IMG/VR virus record: IMGVR_UViG_3300017763_004709
Coordinates: 1 to 64,000 of that record
Origin: a virus
DNA: 64,000 bases
Reading direction: 5' to 3' (one strand)
Part shown: piece after piece, positions 19,541 through 30,034 of the stretch
Layout of the letters: each line of letters begins with the position of its first letter
How positions within the stretch are numbered: the stretch's first letter is position 1
Notes under the pieces: generated by a model
Seen by the model: only the letters and a program-made list of their open reading frames with translations
Told to the model about the DNA's origin: nothing
Databases searched by the model: none
Translations under genes and position numbers: made by a program

Positions 19541-21364
19541 TTATACTATCCTACTCATATTATTTTCTTTTACTATCTCTATCTTAGGTATTAGAGGGTG
19601 ATTATAGTCGTGACTAATAAGAAAAACATTCAATCCTTCTTCTACAGATAGAACTTCAAATAGCTTTTCTTTTCCTGCCTCATCTAATACCCCTGTTATC
19701 TCATCTAAAAATAATAGATTTAAACTATTGCCGCCTATTTTAGAAAGAGTAGACCTTACTGCAAGTAATACGCTTGTTTGTACTCTACTAAACTCTCCGC
19801 CTGATAAAGACTCAATAGTTACTTCTTTACCTTCATTAATAACAATTACATTTAGTTTTTCTCCTGTTAACCTAAATAATACTGAAAATTGACCATCAGA
19901 TAGTATAGATAGATATTTATTAATAGTTTGTTCTAAATCTTTTGCTACATTTTCTAGTTTAAAGGCTACAATACCTGATGAAGAAAATGCTTTTTTAAGT
20001 ATTTGAATATTGTTAACCTTATCTTGAAGATTTAGTATATCATTTCTTAATACTAGCTGTCTAGATAAAAATTTTTCCTTTTCCTCTGAAAATAGATCTA
20101 CTTTTGTGTTATGCACCCTAATATCTTCGTTTATTTTTTCTGTATAATTTTTTTCTGTTCTTTGATTTTTTAAGGTCTTTTTTAAACTACTTAATTCTGT
20201 TTGTATTTCTCTTTTATCAGGAACGTCAGTAGGAAGAGTCTTATCAATTAAGTTAGAAATAGTCTCAAATTTTTCTATGTTTTTTTGATTTATCTCATAT
20301 TTTCTAAGTAAAGATTTATACATATCATTTTTAGCCGTTAAAGAAATAAACTTATCTTTATAGTTATTATAAATAGTCTTACTATCTTCTATTTGTTGTT
20401 CAAATTTATTTTTTTGTATTATAGATTGAGATATGTCTAACTCTTGCCCACAGGCATAACATTTATCTTCTAAATCTAGTCCTTTTAACTTTTTACTAGT
20501 ATCTTCAACAACTCTTTTAGCATTATTAGCCGTTTCTCTAGCTTCTTGTATTTCTTTATCTAAGTTTGGATCTTCTGGTTTTTCTAAAGACACATCAAAA
20601 GAAATAGCTTCTAACTCTTTAATATTTATATTATTCTTATCTATCTGTCTAGTATCTTTTTCTAGGTTAGCCAGAGAAGCTTCTAGTTTAATAATTTCTT
20701 CCTCTAAGGACGGGTCTATATCTATTATCTCTACAAACTCTTTTTTACTTCCTATATTTATATTTGAGATACTAGTTTCTATTGCTTTCTGTTCGCCTTT
20801 CAAAGAAACTAATTTACGTTCTTCTTCTGTGCCTGTTTTTTTTATCTCTTCTCCAATAGTTAAATATTTTTCTAAACTAAATAGGTTTATTAAGAATTTT
20901 TTTCTATTAGAGTCTGTAGCTTTTAAAAAGTCTAGTAAATCTGTCGAGCTTTGATAGGATAATTGAGAAAACACTTCAAAAGTCATGCCAAACAGAGAGT
21001 GTAATTTTTTATAAGTATCTAGAACTTTATGTTCTGATATATCTTCTTTTCCTTTATATAAAACTACTTTAGTTTGTGCTCCTGATCTTTTAACGTCTAA
21101 GGTGTATTCTATAGAGTCTACAGAAAAAATTAAATTAGCAGACCAGTTTTTTGAGTTGGAGTATTTGTTTAGTATGTCTCCCTTTTTAATTCCTTTAATA
21201 TTTTTATTAAATAGTATTTCTTGTAGTATAAAAGCAATAGAGCTTTTACCGCTACCATTAGGAGCAGATAACTGAGTTATCTTTTCTTTATCTAGTTGTA
21301 TAGATATATTTTCTCCATAACTATACATATTACTAAATTTTAAAGTTTTTAGAATAATAGACAT
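19541..21364 (-). CDS. Rad50/SbcC-like ATPase (T5 D13)
   Basis: NGSGKSS, CYAC zinc hook, LSGGE, LFLDE. Confidence 0.92.
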   Translation of the reverse strand: MSIILKTLKFSNMYSYGENISIQLDKEKITQLSAPNGSGKSSIAFILQEILFNKNIKGIKKGDILNKYSNSKNWSANLIFSVDSIEYTLDVKRSGAQTKVVLYKGKEDISEHKVLDTYKKLHSLFGMTFEVFSQLSYQSSTDLLDFLKATDSNRKKFLINLFSLEKYLTIGEEIKKTGTEEERKLVSLKGEQKAIETSISNINIGSKKEFVEIIDIDPSLEEEIIKLEASLANLEKDTRQIDKNNINIKELEAISFDVSLEKPEDPNLDKEIQEARETANNAKRVVEDTSKKLKGLDLEDKCYACGQELDISQSIIQKNKFEQQIEDSKTIYNNYKDKFISLTAKNDMYKSLLRKYEINQKNIEKFETISNLIDKTLPTDVPDKREIQTELSSLKKTLKNQRTEKNYTEKINEDIRVHNTKVDLFSEEKEKFLSRQLVLRNDILNLQDKVNNIQILKKAFSSSGIVAFKLENVAKDLEQTINKYLSILSDGQFSVLFRLTGEKLNVIVINEGKEVTIESLSGGEFSRVQTSVLLAVRSTLSKIGGNSLNLLFLDEITGVLDEAGKEKLFEVLSVEEGLNVFLISHDYNHPLIPKIEIVKENNMSRIV

Positions 21365-21367
21365 AAT

Positions 21368-22333
21368 TTATTTTATACCTAACTCTTTAAATTGATTTAT
21401 AATAGGTTGTTTATCTTCTATTTTTATATAAGATAAGTACTCTTCTAATTCCTCTACTAAGCTTTTATTTCTAAGATCCAGTTTAGAATCTTCTGTGGGT
21501 TGTATAGCTATTTTTTTATCTATTAAGTCTGAGTTCTCTATTTTAGATACTTCATCTATAGACCCTGTAATTTCATATATTACATGGTCATACTCATGAG
21601 GAATTATGTCTTTTTGTTTAGATACTGTTTTTCTAATTAATTTAGGAAGCTTTAAATCTACAAACTCTCGTGAATAGTTTTGAGAGTCTATACAGTTAAA
21701 TATATCTATACCATACTGTCGTTTAAAATCTCTATCGAAGTGAGTATTTAAAGGGCTGCCAGGATAGTAAGCACTATAATCTTTGTACTTATGATTAAAA
21801 TGCAAGTCTCCTAGTAGTATTAAAGGCCATTCTCTTAATTGTTCAAAATCAAACTCTTCACTTACATGAGGAGGGACTTCTCCTCTTATATGTGTTACTA
21901 AAATATCATCCTTTACATACTTAGGTATATTACCTATTTGCATCTCCCCGTAAGGAAAAAACTGAAACCATTTGTTATGGGAAGAGTATCTAGCATTTTT
22001 TGTTACTATTTTTACTTTGGTGTTAGTTATAGCATTATCTTGATTAAAGTACTCTAAAAAGGTCTCTCCTTTTTTAGTGGCTTCATGGTTTCCAGGTATT
22101 ATAAAAGTATCTATAGTTACTGAGTTAATATAACTAAGAAATAAACAAATCTCATCAGGTTCCGGTTTTTTATCAAAAACATCTCCTGCTATAATATGAA
22201 CGTCACAAGAAGATTCAAGCTCACGTAACTTTTGAAACATGAGCTTAAATCTATTTTCTTGCCAAGCATATGGCACTTTCTTTTTTCTTAATAGTATATG
22301 CCAGTCTGCGCTGGAAAGAATTTTAACCGCCAT
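21368..22333 (-). CDS. Mre11/SbcD-like nuclease (T5 D12)
   Basis: ADWH, AGDVFD, PGNHE, GDLH. Confidence 0.92.
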   Translation of the reverse strand: MAVKILSSADWHILLRKKKVPYAWQENRFKLMFQKLRELESSCDVHIIAGDVFDKKPEPDEICLFLSYINSVTIDTFIIPGNHEATKKGETFLEYFNQDNAITNTKVKIVTKNARYSSHNKWFQFFPYGEMQIGNIPKYVKDDILVTHIRGEVPPHVSEEFDFEQLREWPLILLGDLHFNHKYKDYSAYYPGSPLNTHFDRDFKRQYGIDIFNCIDSQNYSREFVDLKLPKLIRKTVSKQKDIIPHEYDHVIYEITGSIDEVSKIENSDLIDKKIAIQPTEDSKLDLRNKSLVEELEEYLSYIKIEDKQPIINQFKELGIK

Positions 22334-23336
22334 AATTAAATATTTTGTTTAAGTTTCCTTGAAAAGTAAAAGAACCAACATGATTAAGCTTAGTATTGGG
22401 GTCTACCCATATCTTACCCCCTAAAGCTTGCCATCTCCTACAAAAAGTATAGTCCTCAGATAAATACCTATTATCTTTAGGATCATGTATTGTATCAAAT
22501 AGAGAATAACAGTACTTATTAAACTTTGGATCTATAGAGCTATCGTTCTTATAAAATAAATCTGGATAGGCTTCAAACATAGCTTTAACTACTTCTTTTT
22601 TTATAATAAAAAATCCTGTAGAAGCATCTAACACTTCTACGGCGCCATCTGAACTAGCTACTTTTTTAGTTTCTCTGTTTTCAAACTTTAAATTTATAGC
22701 ATACTCAGCCCCAAAAGTTGCAGGATCTTCTTCTTTTCTTTCTACTGCTCTACTAACTCCTGCCCAGTCTACTGTTTTCTTTGGGTAAGCTGCAGCAGTT
22801 ATATTCTTATTCATAGCTAACATTCTTAATACTGAATCCGCCTCGAATTCTATATCAGCATCAATAAACATTAAATGAGTAGCTGACTCATCTGCCATAA
22901 ACATAGCTGTTAATATATTTCTAGCTCTAGTTACTAAGCTTTCATTTCTTAAGGTTGTAATTCTAAAATTAATACCGTTTTGAATCATAGCTTGAGACAG
23001 CTTAAACATACTTAAAAAATATTGATCTGTAACCATTCCTCCATAACAAGGGGTAGCAAAGAATATATTCATTTTTTTAAGCTCTTCAGAGTCTAACTTT
23101 ACTTGTTGAGGCCCTACCTGATTAAAATATGCTTTTCCGTCTTCAGGTATTTTTACCCCTTCTAAAGAGGGATTACCTATTCCCTTAGGAGTAGATAGCT
23201 CTTTAAAAGCTTTAGCATCGATAGATGTTTCTGATTGAGATTCTTTAGGTTTGTTATTAGCCTCAGAAGAAGTTTTAGGGGAGCTGGAAGGCTCCCCTTT
23301 ACTACCTGAGTACTCAGATAATTTTCTTTTAGTCAT
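22323..23336 (-). CDS. GT-A-fold glycosyltransferase-like protein with low-complexity N-terminus
   Basis: FATPCYGG, SLVTRARN, LMFIDADI (DxD), YLSEDYTFCRRW. Confidence 0.65.
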   Translation of the reverse strand: MTKRKLSEYSGSKGEPSSSPKTSSEANNKPKESQSETSIDAKAFKELSTPKGIGNPSLEGVKIPEDGKAYFNQVGPQQVKLDSEELKKMNIFFATPCYGGMVTDQYFLSMFKLSQAMIQNGINFRITTLRNESLVTRARNILTAMFMADESATHLMFIDADIEFEADSVLRMLAMNKNITAAAYPKKTVDWAGVSRAVERKEEDPATFGAEYAINLKFENRETKKVASSDGAVEVLDASTGFFIIKKEVVKAMFEAYPDLFYKNDSSIDPKFNKYCYSLFDTIHDPKDNRYLSEDYTFCRRWQALGGKIWVDPNTKLNHVGSFTFQGNLNKIFNYGG

Positions 23337-24004
23337 TAAATATCTTCCATTCTTTCATCATCGTCTACTCTTAAATCAGCAGCTACTGCTTCTGAAAAAT
23401 AGGCGGTATTACGAAGTAAAAATTCTTTTTGAGCTTCATAGGTTGGACGTTTGAAGATTTTCTCTAGCTCAAAAAGTTCAGCATTTTTTTCTTCTTCTGT
23501 AAGAGGTACAGTTCTTCTAGAAGGGATACAAGTATATTTTACATTCATAACTTGTGGTCCAGTTTTTTCTTTCTTGATAGTAATGTCATATCCTTCTTCT
23601 GTGTCTGAAGGATTACCGTACTCTGGGTTCATAGCATAATCTAAGATTTGTCTATAAATAGTAGGTTTAAGATCGAATAGCTTAATAGTACCATCTTTTC
23701 TATCTACTGCATTACATACATAAGAGAATACAGGTTTATCTTGATAAATATCAGGATCAATTTCTTTTACAGGATCAATGCCTTCCTGCTCTTGAAAGGT
23801 TTCATTTTCTCTTACGAAACTTAGACACTCGATAGGAGTTCTTTTACCTTCGTTATTGGTTACCCAATAAACAAAACGAGGCATCACGTCTCCAATTAAT
23901 CTAAGTTTATTTTCTCCTTCTGTGAGCTTAATACGCTCAATATTTCTATTCCCCCCGCTATTATTTGCAGGTTGTACTTTTAAGTTTGTCCATTGTAAGG
24001 CCAT
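23336..24004 (-). CDS. T5 D11-like single-stranded DNA-binding protein
   Basis: Synteny; acidic C-tail; YGNPSD...GYDITIKK. Confidence 0.75.
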   Translation of the reverse strand: MALQWTNLKVQPANNSGGNRNIERIKLTEGENKLRLIGDVMPRFVYWVTNNEGKRTPIECLSFVRENETFQEQEGIDPVKEIDPDIYQDKPVFSYVCNAVDRKDGTIKLFDLKPTIYRQILDYAMNPEYGNPSDTEEGYDITIKKEKTGPQVMNVKYTCIPSRRTVPLTEEEKNAELFELEKIFKRPTYEAQKEFLLRNTAYFSEAVAADLRVDDDERMEDI

Positions 24005-24005
24005 A

Positions 24006-24458
24006 TTATTTCTCCAATATAAGTTTTATTTTCCGATCAGAATGGTTTATAAGAGGATTTTTATGATATTTTGTATCTACAAAATAATCAGGCAAAAATC
24101 TATTTTTATTATCTAAACTTCTCTGACCAAGGATATGTAGGTAATCGCTTTTGATATTACTAGGAAGAGAATAGTGTAACCATGAACCGTTTGTCATATA
24201 ACACTGAGGCTCTTCTATTGTAAATCTAGAGACGATTTTATCAGGATATTTATCAAAATATCCTTTAGTAATAAGAAATTGTGGAAAGTTATCTATTTTT
24301 AACTTTTCTTTTAAGTTATAAAAGTTATTAGATATTATTTTATTAGGTCCTATAGCTACGGCAAAGGTTAATAAAACTTCTGCATCTTTAATATTTTTAG
24401 CAGCTTTTTTTATTTCTAATATATTTAATAGTATACGCTTCATGAGACCTGCTGTCAA
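24006..24458 (-). CDS. Hypothetical protein
   Basis: ORF between D10 and D11. Confidence 0.6.
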   Translation of the reverse strand: MTAGLMKRILLNILEIKKAAKNIKDAEVLLTFAVAIGPNKIISNNFYNLKEKLKIDNFPQFLITKGYFDKYPDKIVSRFTIEEPQCYMTNGSWLHYSLPSNIKSDYLHILGQRSLDNKNRFLPDYFVDTKYHKNPLINHSDRKIKLILEK

Positions 24459-24460
24459 TA

Positions 24461-25768
24461 TTAATTTGAATTTATATGAAATTGTTGCTTATCATACCAT
24501 TGTAATCTTTTTTCTTGCATGTTTTTTACTATAGGTCCTCGTAGCCAAAAGTCTACAATGAGAGGAAATTTCTTTTCCTCGTGTTCTCTTACTATCCTAC
24601 CTATTCTCTGTTCTAGTTTAGCATAGTTATTTTGAGGACAGGTAAAGAATATAGTATCTAATCTATGACAAGATATTCCTTCATCAAATATTTTTGTACT
24701 TAGTATAGCACTAATAGACTTACCAGCATTTTCTAATATATATTCTCTATCCGAATTTTTAGTTGCGCCTACTAAAAGCCTAGACCCTTCTAACTTTTCA
24801 TGTATACCGTTGAGCATATCAATTCGTTCACTTACTATTAATATACATCTACCTAGTGCTATTTTTCTTCTAGCTGTATCGCATATTAAATCTATATAGT
24901 TGTCGTTTCTTGCTAAAGTATTTAGAGCTAATGCCCAGTCTCTAGCAGGATTTCTTATTCTAAAATTAATATCTGTACGTACAACCTCTACGGAGGGGGT
25001 AAGACGTGCTTTATCTATTGCAGTTATTCTGTTAGGACCAAAGTAGTCAGATAATACTATATGCATACCATCTTTTCTAGTTGGGGTAGCAGATAAGGCT
25101 ATTTTAGTTCTGGCACTTAACCCGTTGACTACTTTGCTAAACATTTCAGCAGGGCATAAATGTGCTTCATCTACTAACACTACTTCAAAATTATTTTTTA
25201 GCGTGTCTAGATGATTTATAAGAGTTTTATATATAGCTACTGTAATATCTTTTACCTGTAGTTTACCATCGCCAATAAACCCTATATCTTCTCCAGGTAT
25301 TAATTCTTTTAAAGAGTCATACCACTGATATGCTAATAGTTTAGTATGTACTATAATAACGGTAGGTTTAGAATTATTAGCTATCAAATAACAACCAAGA
25401 AAAGTTTTACCCCAACCACAAGGAGCTTTTATAAGACCGTTATACAGTCTTTCATTTTTATATATTTTATTAGCTACTTGTTGCTGTTCTGTTTTTAGCC
25501 TGCCTTTAAATTTCCAGTTTCTTCTATTAAAAAGAGGTCTATTATCTACCACATTTTTAAAGTCTATTTTATAAAAAGACCCTGAAGGTATAGAATGAGT
25601 ATATTCTCCTTCTTCAGGAAATTGAAAAGTAGTAGCAAATTCATCACCTATTTTATAGTGAAAATGATCATAAAATATATCATCTACTTCTTGTTCTAAA
25701 TCTTCTTTTTTGAAATAGATTTTATCTGAGATTGTAGCATTTTTTAAAACAAATTTAGTATAGCTCAT
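24461..25768 (-). CDS. SF2 helicase (T5 D10-like)
   Basis: APCGWGKT, DEAH, SAT, QRIGR. Confidence 0.92.
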   Translation of the reverse strand: MSYTKFVLKNATISDKIYFKKEDLEQEVDDIFYDHFHYKIGDEFATTFQFPEEGEYTHSIPSGSFYKIDFKNVVDNRPLFNRRNWKFKGRLKTEQQQVANKIYKNERLYNGLIKAPCGWGKTFLGCYLIANNSKPTVIIVHTKLLAYQWYDSLKELIPGEDIGFIGDGKLQVKDITVAIYKTLINHLDTLKNNFEVVLVDEAHLCPAEMFSKVVNGLSARTKIALSATPTRKDGMHIVLSDYFGPNRITAIDKARLTPSVEVVRTDINFRIRNPARDWALALNTLARNDNYIDLICDTARRKIALGRCILIVSERIDMLNGIHEKLEGSRLLVGATKNSDREYILENAGKSISAILSTKIFDEGISCHRLDTIFFTCPQNNYAKLEQRIGRIVREHEEKKFPLIVDFWLRGPIVKNMQEKRLQWYDKQQFHINSN

Positions 25769-26289
25769 AATCTTATTCTATCCTTTTTATTATAGAAAGC
25801 GCTAAATTCATAAATATGCCAACAAAAATCTATGTAGACTAATCCTGCCCATAAGTTTTTTAAATTTTCAATATTAAGTAAAAATTTAGGTAGCTCAAAA
25901 GGGTGACTTATATCTTCTACCCAAAAAGCAGTTTCTTTTACTTTTATTATTTTTCTATAACTCATTTTATAGTGCTTATAGTAGTTATCGAAGTAGTGGG
26001 TATTTAAATTACTATCATAACCCCATTTACTTTTACTAAGAAGTAGCGCACTTAAATTTGTACAAGTATAATCGTATTTTATAGTATAGTTATTAATACT
26101 ATTTAAGTACTCTAACCTCTTTAAGTAGTTATTATTAGACATATTATCCCAGCTATCTACTAATAGTAAACTATCAGAAGAGATAAAATCCTTTTTAATA
26201 AATAACTTTTTATCTCTAAATATCTCATCTACAGGAGAATTTTTTAAAGTAAATATAGGATATTTTATATTATAAAACTTACTTCTCAT
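25765..26289 (-). CDS. Hypothetical protein (T5-like position between pol and D10)
   Basis: Coupled ORF; synteny. Confidence 0.6.
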   Translation of the reverse strand: MRSKFYNIKYPIFTLKNSPVDEIFRDKKLFIKKDFISSDSLLLVDSWDNMSNNNYLKRLEYLNSINNYTIKYDYTCTNLSALLLSKSKWGYDSNLNTHYFDNYYKHYKMSYRKIIKVKETAFWVEDISHPFELPKFLLNIENLKNLWAGLVYIDFCWHIYEFSAFYNKKDRIRL

Positions 26290-26920
26290 AGCCTCTTAGT
26301 CTTAACCAATTATTTAGTCTGCTGTTATGCTTATAGTTTTTTTCAGATATATAGTTTTTAAAGTTTGTGTGCTCTAGATTAATATGATTATGATGATACA
26401 TAGTAATAGGATCTTGCTCACCGATAGTTAACTTATTTGATATTAGTATATTCTTTTGTATACTATTACTATCAGATAGCTCATCTAATATATACTTAGG
26501 CAGTAGTAAATTTAAATATCTAACTATTTTGTAAATCGCTCTATCTATATTTAATATATCATACTCATACCTAAGACTGAGTACTTTTAAATCTTCTTTT
26601 ATAGCTTTATCAAATACTAAGTGATCATAGTCTAGTAAAAAGTCAAACCAATCTTTAAAGGTATTTACATTAAATTGCTTATAGGACCACTCGCAGAATT
26701 CTTCTTCCGTTAAGTTTCTTTTTCTCATAATAGAAGCAGTTATAGATCTTAAATCTCTATAGGAATATATATTAAAGTCTGTAGAGCATACAGGATATGT
26801 TATCCATTTCTCATGACACTTTTTTACATTTGTAACTATAAATCTCTTATTGATTAACTGTTTACAGATATTAAAAGAAACAGTAGTGCCGCTTCTATAA
26901 AGCCCGTTTACATATATCAT
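26279..26920 (-). CDS. Sulfotransferase-fold P-loop protein
   Basis: GLYRSGTT, KCH, YRDLRSITAS and LRYE match the PAPS-binding motifs. Confidence 0.65.
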   Translation of the reverse strand: MIYVNGLYRSGTTVSFNICKQLINKRFIVTNVKKCHEKWITYPVCSTDFNIYSYRDLRSITASIMRKRNLTEEEFCEWSYKQFNVNTFKDWFDFLLDYDHLVFDKAIKEDLKVLSLRYEYDILNIDRAIYKIVRYLNLLLPKYILDELSDSNSIQKNILISNKLTIGEQDPITMYHHNHINLEHTNFKNYISEKNYKHNSRLNNWLRLRGYEK

Positions 26921-29160
26921 CGATAGTCTTTAAGCTCCCCCCAACTAGGACCTACTTCAATATCTACTTTAATAGGCTTGCCCTCAATAAACACGCCTCT
27001 ATCTTTTTGTAAGTTCAAAGCTAAGTTATCTGCGTAAATATCTATATAGTCTTCTCTAACCTCTGCGATAGTAGAATCATGTACTGTAGCAAAAATTCTA
27101 ATATTATCTTGGTGCTGATTATCTTGTACCCATTTAACAGTGTCTACAATACCCAGTAAGTTAATATCTGACGCAACACTTTGAATTAAAAAGTTCAGGC
27201 CGGACCGCTCTGCATGAGCAGCTACCCCTCTAGAATCAGCTCCTGCTTCTGGAAGACGTCTTTTACGTCCGAATGCACTATAAGTAAAATGATTTTCTTT
27301 AATAAAAGAAATATTACCATCAATCCATCTTTTTAAATCTTTTGCTTGAGTAAAATACAACTTGATAAAGCGCTTAGCTTCTTCAATAGATACATTAGCA
27401 GTTTCTGCAATTTTAGAAGGGCCAGCACCATATAAAATACCAAAGGTAATAGCTTTTGCATTTTGTCTTTCAGCAGCATATAAATTTTTTACTTCGTCAA
27501 TCTCACAAGGAAGTTTAAACATGCTGTGAGCTACGTAAGAGTGAAAATCTAATTCTTCTACAAAAGCTCGCTGTAAAAAAGAGTCTTCAGCTAGCGCAGC
27601 AGCTACATATACTTCTGCTGTTCCTAAATCCGCTTGTACTATTTTAAATCCTGGAGAGGCTTTAAAAAACTTTTTAATACCTGAGTCTTTATCTCTAGGA
27701 AGATTTTGGTAATTAAGAACTCCAGAAGACGATAGACGCCCTGCAGCAGTTCCAATAATGTTAAAGCTAGAACGAAGTCTATTATCTGCGTCTACTCCGT
27801 TCTTAATATTTTTAATATAAGTTGTAGAAAGTTTTACTTTCTTACGGAGATCAAGGATAGCATCTGCAAGAGGATTATTCATTTCAGAAAGTACTTCTGC
27901 ATCTGTAGATTTAGCACCTGTTGCAGTCTTCTTAGTAGAAGGAAGCTTTAATATGTTAAATAGCACCTCTCGTAGATGAAAAGTACTGTTAGGATTAAAA
28001 GTCTTTTTTTCTTGTTCCTCAAAAATTTTAATAGCAGGGTGCATAGATATTTCAGCCATACACTCTTCAATATCAATTTTAAAATCTTCTTCAATATCAG
28101 TTAGTACTTGAAGCTCAATAGGGCCTCCAGTATCTTCTAAATACATAAGAGCCTCAGTAGCAGGTTTTAATAATTCTTTGTATACATAAGAAAATTTAGA
28201 GTTCTTATCTATTAAAGGTTTAAACTTATCATAAAGCTGAAAAGTAGCATCAGCGTCTTTACAAGCATAAGGAGATAAAATATCTAAAGGTAGCATACCA
28301 TAATTAAAATCTGCCAGTAAGATTTTATTTTTTCTACAAAACTCTTTCTTATAGTCATGTAAATCTTTGTCATAATCTCCTAAGTCAGTGAATTTCATAG
28401 CTAGTTGTTTTAGACCATGAGAGCCTACCGTTTCATCTAAACAATAGTGCATAAGAATAGTATCTTCAAACTTTGGAAACTCAAACTTTAATGCTTGATA
28501 CATAAATTGTACATCAAACTTAGCATTATGTAGTACAATAGTTTTATCTATAAACATTTGTTTTACTTCGTCATAGAACTCTTCTACCACATCACAAGCT
28601 ACAAAAATACCTTGATGAGAACGGGCAGACATAGCTATACCAATAATAGAACCTTTTCTAGCAGATAGCGCAGTAGTTTCAATATCTACAACTAAAGTAT
28701 CGGCTTTTTTAAACTGCTCTAGGTAAGGCAAAAACTCTTCTGAAGTACTAATATAAGCGTAGTCTTTTTCGTATACTAAAGGCTGCTCTCCTGCTAGAAC
28801 ACTTCTTACTTTGTCAAAACATTTTTGCAGCTCTAATCTGTACTGAGGTTTAATAGATAGCATATTAGGATCAATAATAGGTATATACTTCTCTTCTACT
28901 ATCTGACCTGCATACTTAAGTATGCCTGTAAGTCCTGAAGTATATTTTAAAGATTCTGCACCTACAGGACAGATAATATCATACTCATCTAGCGTAGTTA
29001 AATCTAGATCTACATTTTTCTTTAGAATTTTTTCTAAAGGTTCAGAGGATAGGTATTTTACTTCAAAATCAATTCCTTTAGAGAAAGATTTTAATTTTGA
29101 TACTGTATCTGCTTTTAAAGGGCTACTAATAACTAACGCTACTTTTAAATCTTTACTCAT
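26917..29160 (-). CDS. polA: Family A DNA polymerase with 3'-5' exonuclease
   Basis: DIET, HNAKFD, GRLSS, RQNAKAITFGILYG (F762 type), VHDS. Confidence 0.95.
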   Translation of the reverse strand: MSKDLKVALVISSPLKADTVSKLKSFSKGIDFEVKYLSSEPLEKILKKNVDLDLTTLDEYDIICPVGAESLKYTSGLTGILKYAGQIVEEKYIPIIDPNMLSIKPQYRLELQKCFDKVRSVLAGEQPLVYEKDYAYISTSEEFLPYLEQFKKADTLVVDIETTALSARKGSIIGIAMSARSHQGIFVACDVVEEFYDEVKQMFIDKTIVLHNAKFDVQFMYQALKFEFPKFEDTILMHYCLDETVGSHGLKQLAMKFTDLGDYDKDLHDYKKEFCRKNKILLADFNYGMLPLDILSPYACKDADATFQLYDKFKPLIDKNSKFSYVYKELLKPATEALMYLEDTGGPIELQVLTDIEEDFKIDIEECMAEISMHPAIKIFEEQEKKTFNPNSTFHLREVLFNILKLPSTKKTATGAKSTDAEVLSEMNNPLADAILDLRKKVKLSTTYIKNIKNGVDADNRLRSSFNIIGTAAGRLSSSGVLNYQNLPRDKDSGIKKFFKASPGFKIVQADLGTAEVYVAAALAEDSFLQRAFVEELDFHSYVAHSMFKLPCEIDEVKNLYAAERQNAKAITFGILYGAGPSKIAETANVSIEEAKRFIKLYFTQAKDLKRWIDGNISFIKENHFTYSAFGRKRRLPEAGADSRGVAAHAERSGLNFLIQSVASDINLLGIVDTVKWVQDNQHQDNIRIFATVHDSTIAEVREDYIDIYADNLALNLQKDRGVFIEGKPIKVDIEVGPSWGELKDYR

Positions 29161-30034
29161 ACTCTTCTCCAAATAATTTCATTAATTCTGATTTACTTAA
29201 GTCTCCAGCATCTCTACCTTCAGGGGGTTGAACAATAATAGTTTCTATGTCCCTAGCTTCTAGCAGTGCAGTAATATTTTCTGCAGCTTTATTGCCGCTT
29301 ATATCATTATCCATAAATATAGTAACCCTGGTACACCCTAAGTTATCTATCATAGATGCTTTTTCCTTACGAAAATTGTTTGTTCCAAAAATACAAACTG
29401 TATTTTTATATCCGTGTTGCCATAAGTTTAACATATCAAATAACCCTTCAACAAGTATTAAGTGACTTTTATCTGTTATTTTGTCTATAGGAAATAATAA
29501 ATCACTAGTAGAAGCGTTTGAGGGTTTTCTCATATATCTTGGACTCTGTGTTTTTACATTTAATATTTTATACCTTCCTTCTATAAACCTAAGCTTTCCT
29601 TGTTGATAGACAGGAAAACATAAATAGTCTACTAATCCTAGTTGTCCAGTAGTAAAACTTTCAAACTCTTTCATTACAGAGCCGCTTACGCCTTTAAAGT
29701 CTAGAGTAAAGTTTATCTTATCTGAAGGCAATATTATGTCCATTCCAAAAAACTTAGAATGAAGTTTATTTTTTAGTTTTTTAATCTTATAAGTCTGTTT
29801 AGTTTCTATCTCTACAGAAGAATCTTCTCCAATAGCTTTTAGCAGTTTTTTATAGCTTCCTCCAAACCCACAAGAAAAACAATTAAATACGTTTTTATCT
29901 AAGTTAAATCTCATACTAGGGTTAGAGTCTTCGTGCAGACCACTAACACATTTAATAAGAATTTCTTCACTATGGTTAGGATTATTTGCGTACTCAATTT
30001 GTTTCTTATCTAATATAGAGTATATATCATGCAT
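29153..30034 (-). CDS. DNA primase (Zn ribbon + TOPRIM)
   Basis: C...H...CFSC, LVEGLFD, MDND. Confidence 0.92.
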   Translation of the reverse strand: MHDIYSILDKKQIEYANNPNHSEEILIKCVSGLHEDSNPSMRFNLDKNVFNCFSCGFGGSYKKLLKAIGEDSSVEIETKQTYKIKKLKNKLHSKFFGMDIILPSDKINFTLDFKGVSGSVMKEFESFTTGQLGLVDYLCFPVYQQGKLRFIEGRYKILNVKTQSPRYMRKPSNASTSDLLFPIDKITDKSHLILVEGLFDMLNLWQHGYKNTVCIFGTNNFRKEKASMIDNLGCTRVTIFMDNDISGNKAAENITALLEARDIETIIVQPPEGRDAGDLSKSELMKLFGEEYE

